From Styela clava (lineage: Eukaryota): DNA of 64,000 nt. The stretch spans positions 14,942,001-15,006,000 of the forward strand of contig NC_135251.1 in assembly GCF_964204865.1 (NCBI RefSeq), given 5' to 3'. Every line of letters begins with the position of its first letter. The first letter of the stretch is position 1. The notes beneath the pieces were generated by a model. The model did no database searches. It was not told where the DNA came from and worked only from the letters and a program-made list of their open reading frames with translations. The translations under genes and the position numbers were made by a program. This document shows, piece by piece, positions 53,701-64,000 of this stretch.

Positions 53701-56700
53701 AGCTGAACTCTGAAGCAACCCACGGCCATCGGTCTCCATAAGACAGGAAAATTTTGCAGACTACGAGTTCCTGCGTTTGACGGTACTTTTACTGGGGCTG
53801 TGCGACATGTGTAATGAGTTTTATATGCGTTCAAACATTTTAGAAATTTTCCAATTTTACGGCAGATGGAATAGTTCACGATGGGTGGTCTCCGTCCTAA
53901 AAGAGTTAATAGCGTTGAGGTATATTTTAATTGATATTTATTGTGTGGTTACTAAGCATACTCTGGATTTACTGATCGGCTAATGGTTTAAATACGTAAA
54001 ATTTGATGCGCTTGTTTTTCATCTATTCTATGTAAACTGCGGGAGAACTGCGTGACCGCACGTTTTGCTTTCGATCATGTCCGCTTTGTTTATTTATTTT
54101 TTGGTTAAGGAAATATAGACCATTTCTGATTATTTACTTTTATAAGATATCATGTAGGCCTACCTATTTTATAAGAAATTATCGGGGATTTCACAGGTAT
54201 GATTGCTAGGACTGGGCATTTTCGAATACCTGATGATTTCAGAATCGTATCGAATATTTTTTCCGAATCGAACTCGAATACTTGGAAGATATAAAATCGT
54301 ATGCAACTTTCTCATTGTATTAGGTCCTCCAGACACATAAATTACTGAAAACATAGAATACATCCCTCGGGCAGATAGCTGAGCCTTCACGTGCAATAAA
54401 AAAACACGTTTTCACCAATACCTCACTATAGAAAAAAGTCACATGATAGAATTGCGTTGAAAAAATATGGCTTCAATAAAAAAAAATTGATAAATTTACT
54501 TCGACCATTGGCGGAAAAAAAAAGATGGCGGTGATTTGAAATTTTGCTCTGAACCGATTCGAATAATTTACCATTCGATTCGAAATACCCAGCCCTAATG
54601 ATGGCATATTATTATTTGAGGAATATTCGATTGATAAGATGATGAATTTTGGGGTGAGCCGGCACTGCGGTTAGTTAGCCATCAGACTTTATTTCCATAT
54701 ATATATTTTACAGAAGTCGAATCAAGTTTTCCTATAGGAATGGTTCAATTCGTGACACTCGTCATGTGAACGACGTACCGGTACTTAGCTGATTCAAGTC
54801 AAATTTATTTTTTCCAACCAGTAAAAAACATGCAAAAATACAAGAGAGCTATGCTCAAATATATGGACACGATTCTAAGCTCAGCTTTTCTATTTTCATT
54901 TACAAATAACCCAACTCTCAATACTACAATCTAATTAATGTGCTATGGTACTGTATAGACAATATTCCCATATCCTGTCTGCCCACTTGCCCCATTTATT
55001 AGCGTTAGTGAGCATAAACCTGTTTACGGGTCCCAGTGCACCAATTTTACAGAAACTTGGCGATACATGTATTCTAAGTATCAATTTAAAACTTGTAATA
55101 CCTTCTTTGTTGCACATGAATTTGCCGAAATCTTCTTTGTCATATCTCCAATGCAGTGCCAAATATGGACTACCACCAAAGACATGTTCCAAAAATGTTT
55201 CAGTAATTTCCTTAAAAATATATTATCTGTCATTAGTTATAATATAATATTTTTATAGAGAAGCCCAATAAATTTACAAATAATATAGTAATGTTAAGAT
55301 TAGTGTCAGCTTGTGTGGTAACGGCGTATATAGCTATAGCGTAGACCGATTTCCATTGGAGAATACGCCTGTTCCACTTGCGCTCCACGTACCCCGATGC
55401 AGCCTTTCGCTCCCTTTTAACGTTAAGAAACGTTTCGACTTTCGATATCAATAAATTTTATATTTCAGTAAAAATATAAATGACTTTGTTATAACAAAAT
55501 CTTACCTAAAAATAAAAACATAAAGTTCTTCCTACCTGTATGTATTTGGGTGGAAGCATATTCTGGAACAACGAATTCACCAACGCCCGTGATGAAATGT
55601 CATCAGTTGATTCAGAAAATAGATGTACGTCACCTATGTTTTCCTTCTGAAACGAAACACCACAAAAGTAAATTTTCTGTTCTGATTTGAATGTGTGCAA
55701 CTACTGCGCCAACTGGATGTTTTCTCAATGCCGATTGGTTCATTGTGTACGTTTGAGGAATTTCGAAATTAATAACATCAGACTTAAAAGTTTAATTTGT
55801 CAATTAACATAAACCTATAGGTCGGTAAACAGTTGTGATCATCTGTTAAAGTTCAGTAAAGCATTTGCTCATTTTGAATACCTCAGTTCATTCAAGTTTC
55901 CTTCGTTATTTCACTGAAGCGTAATAAAAAAGTACAAAAGTTATCTATATTAACAATCTAAATCATGACTAAAATATTGGAAATTAAGTTATTTCTCACG
56001 CTTTCGACTACGATTCATAGACAATTTTCATAAACACAAATAAACAGACAATTGTTCGTGCGTTCACGATTTTTAAACAATCAACAAGCTACAATCGTAT
56101 CATAATGTTTTTGCATGTTAACCTAAATCAAAACATGATAAATTATAAAGGTTTATATATAATAAATAAATTATAAAGGTTTATATAGTTATATATATAT
56201 AACTTAGTTTTGCGTTGGGTGGTGCGGTCTGTACTCTGTATGTCAATGTCATCGCGTATGTGTTTTCCAGATTTTTTTGTCTTCGGAAACGAAAAGTTGA
56301 CTTGGGTTAATGAAGGAACCCCAGTGGTTTTCGAATTGAGATATCAGGATATATCCCGGTTAAAGCGGCATATAAAACGATATTCAAGTATATATTTGGG
56401 CATTGCTCGCTTATCAACTGATTACATTTACCTTCCTCTCACTTAGTATGTTTTTATCAACTCGTAAGGGTGAATTATCAGGTATAAATTTTTTTTAATG
56501 AATTTGAATCTATAATTTTTTTTAGAAATTTTGACGCTTACTAATCACATAAAGTTTAATATTTAGATAATCCTATCCCACTTTCGTCAGTCATTTTCTT
56601 CAAAGAAATAACGAAAACCTAATTGAATTTACGTTGGTGTTTGGTAAATAGAAGTTAGCAATGAAAACTGGTCATAGATAAATTCATCACGTTGGGGTTA

Positions 56701-59700
56701 AATCAATTGTACAAGACAAGGGAGACTTGCTTCAAGCAGGAATGAGAGATAAGAGAAAAATGGAGAGCGAGAAACGACTTCGAGATTGCGAAAGCAGGAT
56801 TTATAGGGAAAAAGTTGTTTACGACACTTGTTTCCATGGTGTCTACCGATGCGGGTTGTTTTTCGTTTGTTTCGCTTGATCTAAGTGGATGAAAACCCAA
56901 ATTAATCGCGTGCGGGTTTGCAGTGAATTCGTCTGCATTACTATTCATATCATTAGAATAATTCGGCGCAAATGACAATAAATCCTTTTTCAATTCAAAG
57001 ACTGGTGTGCATTTGTTTAATTGTTCACGTGTGCAAATGTCAATAGATGCAAACATCCCGAGTACAAATGTTCATGGGCGCAAATGTACGCGCGTGCAGA
57101 TACCCTCGTGTGCAAATGCACGCGGATGCAAATGTATGTGATTTCAAATGTGCGCTGGAACAAATGTTCGTGGGTTCAAATGTACGCGGGTGAAAATGTA
57201 CGTGGGTAGAAATGTACGCGAGTGCAGTTGTACTTGAGTGCAAATGCACGAGGATGCAAATGTATGTGGTTTTAAATGTGCGCGGGTGCAAATGTAAGCG
57301 GGTGCAAATGCATGCTGGTGCAATTGTCTGTAGGTGCAAATGCACGCGGGTTCAAATGCATATGGTTTCAAATGTGCTCGGGTGCAAATGCACGTAGATG
57401 CAAATGTTTACGGGTGCAAATGCACGCGGGTGCAAATGTACGTTGGTGCAAATGTTCGCGTGCGCAAATGCACTGGGTGCAAATGTACATGGTTGCAAAT
57501 GTATGTGGTTTCAAATGTGCGCGGGCGAACATGTTCGAGGGTGCAAATGTACATGGTTGCAAATGTGAATGTATGTAGTTTCAAATGTGCGCGGGTATAT
57601 CCGCCAGTTCAAATGTACATGGGTGCTAATGTCCGTGTGTACAAATTGCAGGTGCGATTGTCTGTGGGTGCAAATGCACGTGGATGTAAATGTACACGGC
57701 TGAAATTGAAATACCGGTAGTTGGTACTGGCAGGATGCCGGTGCGGTGTTATGGCACGATAGGTTGTTGTTTGGAAACAGAAAAATAAATTTTAATGCTC
57801 AAGGATTTATTGGTATAAACTGGACAGTGTACGACCTGCGTTGATAAACTGTAGTTTGAATTACAGCATTAACAAATACCTCATCCTGGGTTCGGCCTTT
57901 AACGTCGCAGTGGTAAGGCAATATTAAAATGATGAAAGTGCTTCTATTTACGTATGATGAGCACACTTCACACAAAGTGTTTGGTTAACAAAATGTAATT
58001 GTTTAAATTCGAGTGTCCTGCTGACAGCACTATATAGGCCTACCGGAATTTCTCGAATGAATCGTGTGGCGTAAGGTGCCCATACTCTGCAACGTTGAAC
58101 TGAAAGTATGGTCGGAAAAATGATCCTACTAAATTTGCTCGTCCTATGTGCATCAATTAATTTGTCGTTTTGTTCTCAGATTATGGGCAATAGTGGAAAA
58201 TTTCAACGGGAAGACAACCCGTCATCCTCTGCAAATAACTATACAGAACTTCAATTAAGAACATTCATCTAATTTTGATATTTCAATAAGTATTTGTATT
58301 GAATTTTTAAAGTTAATGAAGATAAAATATATGCAGTACGTTGACAAATCGTCAGGCAGATGTACAACTGTTATCATCTCGTTAGTTTGGACACGTAATT
58401 AAGTAGCGCTAAGTATTCTCTGAGACCTCTTTGACCTTTCCGAATCGAACCGTCTTGCTGGACTGATTTTGATGAACATGTAATGAAATATCAAAACTTG
58501 CTATACGACTTTGCTTTTGGAAAACATCTTAAACCCATTTTTGTTTTCAGGCGACCTAGGGGGCCTATTCAATTAACTTAGTAAAATGACCAGACAATCA
58601 ACTCGTGACGGGATCTCTTCAAAACGCCATAGCGAAATTTCGTGAATCTCATTCCCGCGAAATATCATTACCGAGTTGACGGTATAACAGTGTATTTAAT
58701 GCATGACGGTTACACACAGTTTTTCGAATCCACGCTCACGCGCACCGTTAAATAAATAAAGATCATTGTCTAATCTTTCATCCGCATCACTTGTCGGCTG
58801 CCACCGCCGCCGTTTGAAGCGGATATTTGCACACTATCGCGTCATAATTGGATTGTAAATTACCTTTTCCAATAACTGTACGAGTGAACGACTACGAGTG
58901 AATCGACTTGGACTGTGGTTAATTTTAATTTATTTTGGTTGCCAAAAAGTTATTGAAAATGTGTTTGTATTAATTTCCACAAGATTTCTTACATAGAATA
59001 CACAAGACACACATCTCTGGAAAATCAAAAACTAAAGAAATTAGCAAAAGACTATGGTATATTAAAAGTTTTATTCTTATATCCGGACTGGACTAATAGC
59101 CCATCCGCTGACTTTCCCAATAGTTTCTACTCTCATACTTGCTCTCGAACATATTGATGTACATATGAAAGTTATCAATTGATCAACAGAATTCCTAGAT
59201 TACTATTAAATGTTAAATAATATACAAATTACTTGATTGGGAGTATGATCCACATTCATCTTTATTTCTCTGAATGGAAACTGATAAATTGCGCACTTCT
59301 CATCCGATTTATATGCCATTCGAATGATACGGCTGTTGTCAGCGTGGGCAGTAAATGGAGCTTTCACTTTGATGTTGGGGGAAAACGGTCCGGATCGATT
59401 GATTATGCCTTTTGACTGAAATAAAAAAAATGTAGAGAGTTTTATACAAAGTTTCAAATCAAATCTTAATTTATATTTACTCCAAACTACCACTAGGAAG
59501 ATGTATGGTATGAACTCAGGTGTGATGACATTTGCAGGTATTGCCTTTTGTTAGCTTTCTTTTTTTATTTTGGTCCCTTGATCAAGCGTTAAAATTATGT
59601 TCTATTAGTTCCCCTACAGTGAAAATGAAAATGGCTCGTAGCAGTCTCATTGCCCACTTTCCCTAGTTCGGTCATTTGTGTTATTTCGTACATAAATTAT

Positions 59701-62143
59701 ATTCAGTGTTGAGTTGCATTAAGCTTCTGATATTATCGAGGCAAATGCGCATGAACTATGGAGCAAAGGAATAAACTTTGCACAAAGGTTCAAGCAGATG
59801 TATTAGGAAATCTTTGCACCTTATTTCAAACTAGTAAATGCGTAGCATATAAATTTATTAACATTTTGTAAAAGTAGAGCTCCTGATAAAAAAAATTCCC
59901 CCGCTTTTGTTGCAGATCACAGCTAAAGACAACAGAGTTCTCGAATCACCAAAACAAGAGTACAACAAATATCCTCATTTGGTACAGCATGCGGTCAAAG
60001 TCAACCAAAGGTTTGAAGTTACGTACAAACTTGCACATTAATGTAGTTTTGTAAACCTAAAATGTGAAATAAATATTCACCCGCAAAACTCACAGATCGT
60101 TGAAGAAACTCTAAATTTAATTCCTTTTCAGCCTGTTTCAGACTTTCAACAGTCCAGTCTCTTGGAGTAGTTGCTTGGAGTACAACATCTACATTCTTTC
60201 CACAGTGTTGGTGATATTTATCTACAGTCACTACAGACATCAGCCTTGACAGTGAGTCGACCTGAAATCTGCATTTTGCATGTACAGATTTTTTAAAAGT
60301 CGGTAAAGTTAAAAACTAATTATCGCATTCGTAGTGAATCGGTTTCAAATAAAAACTAAATTCTTTCAAGCTAAAACGAATAAAACTGATTTTCTCAATA
60401 AAAAAGCACCTGTGACTAGCGTCAATGATGGTTCCCGGGCCAGATTCATCAAGTATGTGCTTGTGGAATAATGGTAATACCAACGTTCGATTCAATAGAA
60501 TTGCCACGTATGCTGCTTGTCTCAATCCCCAGATCTGGTTAGTGGGGCCGTTGTAAAGCAATGGAAGAAGAAATCTTTCAGAATTTAGCTTTATTTGAGG
60601 ATGCTGAAGGTTATTGTTATCAAGGATTTCTGATGAAGACATCCACTCCACACATTCTTCTGCACCAAGACTAGAATAAAATTTTCATAATTATAAGTTT
60701 ACTGTTAGGTTAATTAGCTTAATCATGTTAATCTAGTCAGGTGATAAATGCGTTATACTAATTGCTTGACTATTTTTGAGGTTGAACAATAAATTTTGTT
60801 CTGAGTTGAATAACGAAATATTTGGTGTATATCATGAAATGATAATTTAGTACTATGGTCATTCAATTAACATATGTTTGTTCGTAGTATATACCAGTAC
60901 TAGTAAAATACGCATTTCTGAAGCACTCGCTCACCCAAATCGATTTGCGAAATTATACGCGGTGGAACATTGAAGGGAAAACAGAAAAACAACGGATCCA
61001 ATATTAAACACGTGATAGCAAAAGCTTTCTGAAAATTTCTATTCAACTTCTAAAAAGCGATAGTTACACAGGGAAGTAATTTCTGGTTTCAGCATTAACA
61101 AAAAACGATTTAGAAAACCGAAACATATACTTTGTGGTTTCATAATCATGAAATACAAGAGAGCAACTCCTAAACAAACAGATACGAAAGTTTCGCATTG
61201 GTACAGGTATGGTTTGACCTAAGAGCACGAAGTTTGATGAAACGATCAGCGGCCAACCAATACAAAAGCAATCTGGAAATACGGATTCTTCATTGATTAA
61301 AATGAAACAGCAAAATTCTTAGTGAAAGACTTCGTAGCACAGAGTGACCACAAAAACAGAACCCACAAATGTCTCAGTTACTTTTACGACAAATGAAGTG
61401 AATTCATTAAACACTTGGACTTATGTTTGTGCATGATTGTACCCAAAGGTTTCACGAAAGTTATGTTCACTCTGAAATATCTCCTAAATGACCTGGGTCC
61501 TATTTTTTTGCGATCACCCGTTACTCAGAAGGAAAGCTAGAAAACAGTGAATAAAAGTAATCGCCTACCATAGAAACTTCTTCCATTTTCAAATACTCAA
61601 AATTTGAAAAATCAGTTAGTCCATTAGTTGAGTAGAGAAGCGATATTTACGATAGCAACGATTTGGCGTTAACACCAACAAGAATTTAGCAAAACTATTC
61701 ATATCTCTGTGTCTAGTTACATAAACATTTTCAAAATATGGATAATTGATTCTCTATAAAGTTTTGTTGTATTTCGCTGTCTTACATTGTTTTATAATAA
61801 TCAAACTTTGTACCATAATATATGCAGGTCATTGCTAACGTTCGAAATTATTTGGGTTGAACACAGGGCGAAAAATTATTAAAGGAATTCAAGATGAAAG
61901 TTATAAGTATCAAGCAGTTATATAGCAAAATGCAAAGCACATTTTGAAATTGAATCTAAATAATGGTCATACCCTTACTGAACTTCAACTTTATGTTTAA
62001 TCTTACCTTTTTGCTTCGATGTTTCTTGGGCACAACATATTTGTTGCAACTATATAGAAAATCAATCCAAACATAATAGAAATTACTATTTTTCTCGTTG
62101 ATGGTCCCATAATACCGTGACGAAATTTTCTCAAATCTGCCAT
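47764..62143 (-). CDS. O-fucosyltransferase-fold (O-FucT/GT-B) type II membrane glycosyltransferase, 9 exons, 482 aa
   Basis: Exons 62143-62007, 60670-60410, 60268-60094, 59415-59233, 55646-55536, 55210-55102, 49303-49102, 48922-48781, 47892-47764; phase-consistent (1449 nt). N-terminal TM RKIVISIMFGLIFYIVATNML. Motifs GPTNQ..A..LNRTLVLP, YLALHWRYD, IYIAT and VEMEICTRSSVFLRSVYSSWS. Confidence 0.85.
47905..48695. repeat. Local tandem duplication, period 451 bp, second copy internally deleted, in the last O-FucT intron
   Basis: TTGATAAGAGTTATCAGTTCTTTTGTGAATT... starts at 47905 and at 48356 and stays collinear. Confidence 0.85.
50268..53695 (-). mobile_element. Decayed Buster-type hAT transposon (ZBED5/SCAND3-like transposase pseudogene, ~53072-50386)
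   Basis: TIRs CAGTGTTTCCCAAA and (reverse complement) CAGCGATTCCCAAA. Fragments MSLPKRKCRQYS..YL*YGF..PMCLLC..FSNEAMKP, KPHKIGEELI..IPLSNNTVQRRVDEMA, IAYLADIFSKFNALNLSLQG and FPSAYLVE..RNRLDI..RGDLRL. Stops, frameshifts, deletions, and an exact 109-bp tandem duplication at 52362-52581. Confidence 0.9.
50933..52259. mobile_element. Non-autonomous hAT (Ac-type) element nested in the Buster pseudogene, 1327 bp
   Basis: TIR TAGGGCTGGGC / GCCCAGCCCTA; TSD ACCACAAG / ACCACAAC; subterminal TCGAAAC arrays. Confidence 0.88.
54207..54597. mobile_element. hAT (Ac-type) MITE, 391 bp
   Basis: TIRs TAGGACTGGGCATTTTCGAAT / ATTCGAAATACCCAGCCCTA; TSD ATGATTGC / ATGATGGC; TTCGAAT repeats. Confidence 0.82.
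57027..57700. repeat. Minisatellite with a ~15-bp unit (core GTGCAAATGT/GTTCAAATGT), roughly 45 copies
   Basis: Degenerate GGGTGCAAATGTACGC-type units in tandem; these generate the overlapping Cys/His-rich spurious ORFs. Confidence 0.92.
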
Positions 62144-64000
62144 ATATTCTAAATACAATCATCAAGTTAATTAAATATGGAAAGAAAAAATATCATTTTT
62201 TTTATATCTTCGTCTTTAGAAAAATTATTTCGTGTCACTTGTTTTTATTCTGCATACGACAAAATATAGCTTGCTCAATTTAGTGTTTGCAATAACCAAA
62301 TAGTTTTTCAAATGAGTTTCTGAACTTCTACTGTTTCGGCTCTCACTGATCTGTATATCAGCTCTATTCATTGAAGATTTTTTGCCTAATTGTCCTGGGA
62401 CTCGTGAGAGAAGCACCAATTACATGATTAAGATAGTTTTCAAATGGATGTGAAAATAATTAAGAAAATTCGACTAGTTCTGCATTCGAAACTAAGTTTA
62501 TTTGAGCATTTTTCAAGCACTTATAATGTAAGCATATTTCGACAGTAGTCATTATTCATTTTGTACATGATATAATATTACCTGATTTAGTATATTGAAT
62601 ACCAAAATATTGTTTGAAATATATATAAAAATAACTTCCCAACCGACTTATGGGCTCTCTGACGTGTAAAGAAACTACTCATTCAAAATTTCTGCCTAAT
62701 TGTGGCAAATAATTATCATAGTTTGCAAATAGATGTAAATGCACCATGGCTATTCTACGTCGTCTAGTTGAATTTAATATCACAACCAATCTAACGAAAC
62801 CGACGGTGTATTTACTCTTGTAGAGTCGGATTGAGAAATAAATAAACGTTTGAAAGCAAAGAGGGTGGAGGGTGAAATTTAAAAAATAAAATTTGTGGAA
62901 GTGTTGGCAAAGATTTCAACTGACTTTTTGATAGTGGCCCGAAATCACCATTATACCAAACCCTCCAGTTTGTTCAGCGTAGCATGCTCCCGCACCTATG
63001 TTTCGTCTCTGTTTTGCTTGCGAATTTTAACGTTAGAGAACATCAGATGAGTAAGAAACAATCTAACTTTACTTAGATGTCATAAACCACCAAATGTGGT
63101 AAACAAAGGTTCCAAATACACGCATATTATTACATAATCTCGATATGAAAACTTGGTGTGTATATACTATGTTAGTATATATATATATATTCATTAGTGT
63201 CATAATATCTGTAGCTGTTATACCTTTGAGAAAAGCGGTATTCGAGAAAAGACGATTTGTAAAAAATAAACAATCCCGCGGAAAAAAGAAAAATTTATTT
63301 ATATATATATTTTCAAAACATTACCATACTCGTCCATAAACACTGAAACAAACTTACAAAGACTAAATGAAACTTCCAAACATTTCTACTATTCAAACCA
63401 CTTTAGTAACATTATGGTTCTGCTGACGAACATATGAAGACTCATACGCCGTAAATACACTCCATGCCGCAAGCCGGATCGCCTGGGGGGTGATGTGATA
63501 ATCAACTACTATAGCCCGCAGTGTTTATTCATTGTCTCTGCGCACGATCCTTGCGTAAAGACTCTCGAATGCCGCCATGCCTTGCCAACCGTCGCGCATG
63601 ATGCATGGTAACTTACGCAACATATAAACAAAGTGATCACACCCTCAAAGGCCCATTGCAAACGCGGAAGAAAAAAAATTATGTTATGATTACAATCAAA
63701 ACTACTATGCGAAACCCTTTTAAAAATGGCTTGATCATAGAGATGGATCATTTGCGGCGAAGAGTAGAAATAGGATGACAACATATGGATCCGAGAATAT
63801 AATTGAGAACAACCCAATCTCTCGTTTTTGAGTTCTTCGGAGCACGCGACACAGGAAGCAGAACTTTCGATAAATGCTTTATCGTTACGACGAATTGCAG
63901 GTTTCAGGAACAGAGTTACTAGCAGAAGTTGACAAGATTTGTTTTTGTTTCTATTTTTATTGTACACGAAATGTACCTATGGATCGTTTTGTTATTTTGC

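Noticed and set aside
57021-57720. Overlapping Cys/His-rich ORFs resembling metallothionein or keratin-associated proteins; array superficially CRISPR-like
   Set aside because: Open in several frames on both strands because the 15-bp repeat lacks stops. No unique spacers, no cas genes, and an intronic eukaryotic context.
63509-63967. 152-aa minus-strand ORF
   Set aside because: Non-ATG start inside a repeat end, no recognisable motif and no supported splice structure. Left uncalled, though a database search would be cheap.

Overview
AT-rich, intron-containing animal genomic DNA, not prokaryotic. Compact introns, gene content and repeat types suggest an invertebrate chordate such as an ascidian (inference). 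Hand-spliced, in-frame gene models support six intact host genes: TMEM19 (+, 8 exons), GLYCTK (-, 5 exons), CHMP7 (-, single coding exon), a cytoplasmic poly(A)-binding protein PABPC (-, single coding exon, A-rich 5'UTR), a rolling-stone-like membrane protein (-, 3 exons) and a type II membrane O-fucosyltransferase-fold protein (-, 9 exons, 482 aa). A degraded tandem duplicate (~28.7-42.3 kb) holds a rolling-stone pseudogene and an O-FucT exon remnant. The window is rich in transposons. One PIF/Harbinger element has both ends, an intact spliced transposase and a frameshifted MADF-BESS gene. There are several hAT elements with 8-bp TSDs, including a nested pair with 4.7 kb of unexplained cargo, plus a Tc1/mariner-type MITE, foldback MITEs carrying YY1-like and telomere-like motifs, tRNA-derived SINEs, a LINE fragment and a ~15-bp minisatellite. 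Best leads: a CHMP7-GLYCTK junction resembling a trans-spliced operon with no intercistronic DNA, the atypical O-FucT-fold enzyme, the asymmetric decay of the Harbinger element, and the nested hAT cargo. All coordinates were read by eye; repeat ends without TSDs are approximate.
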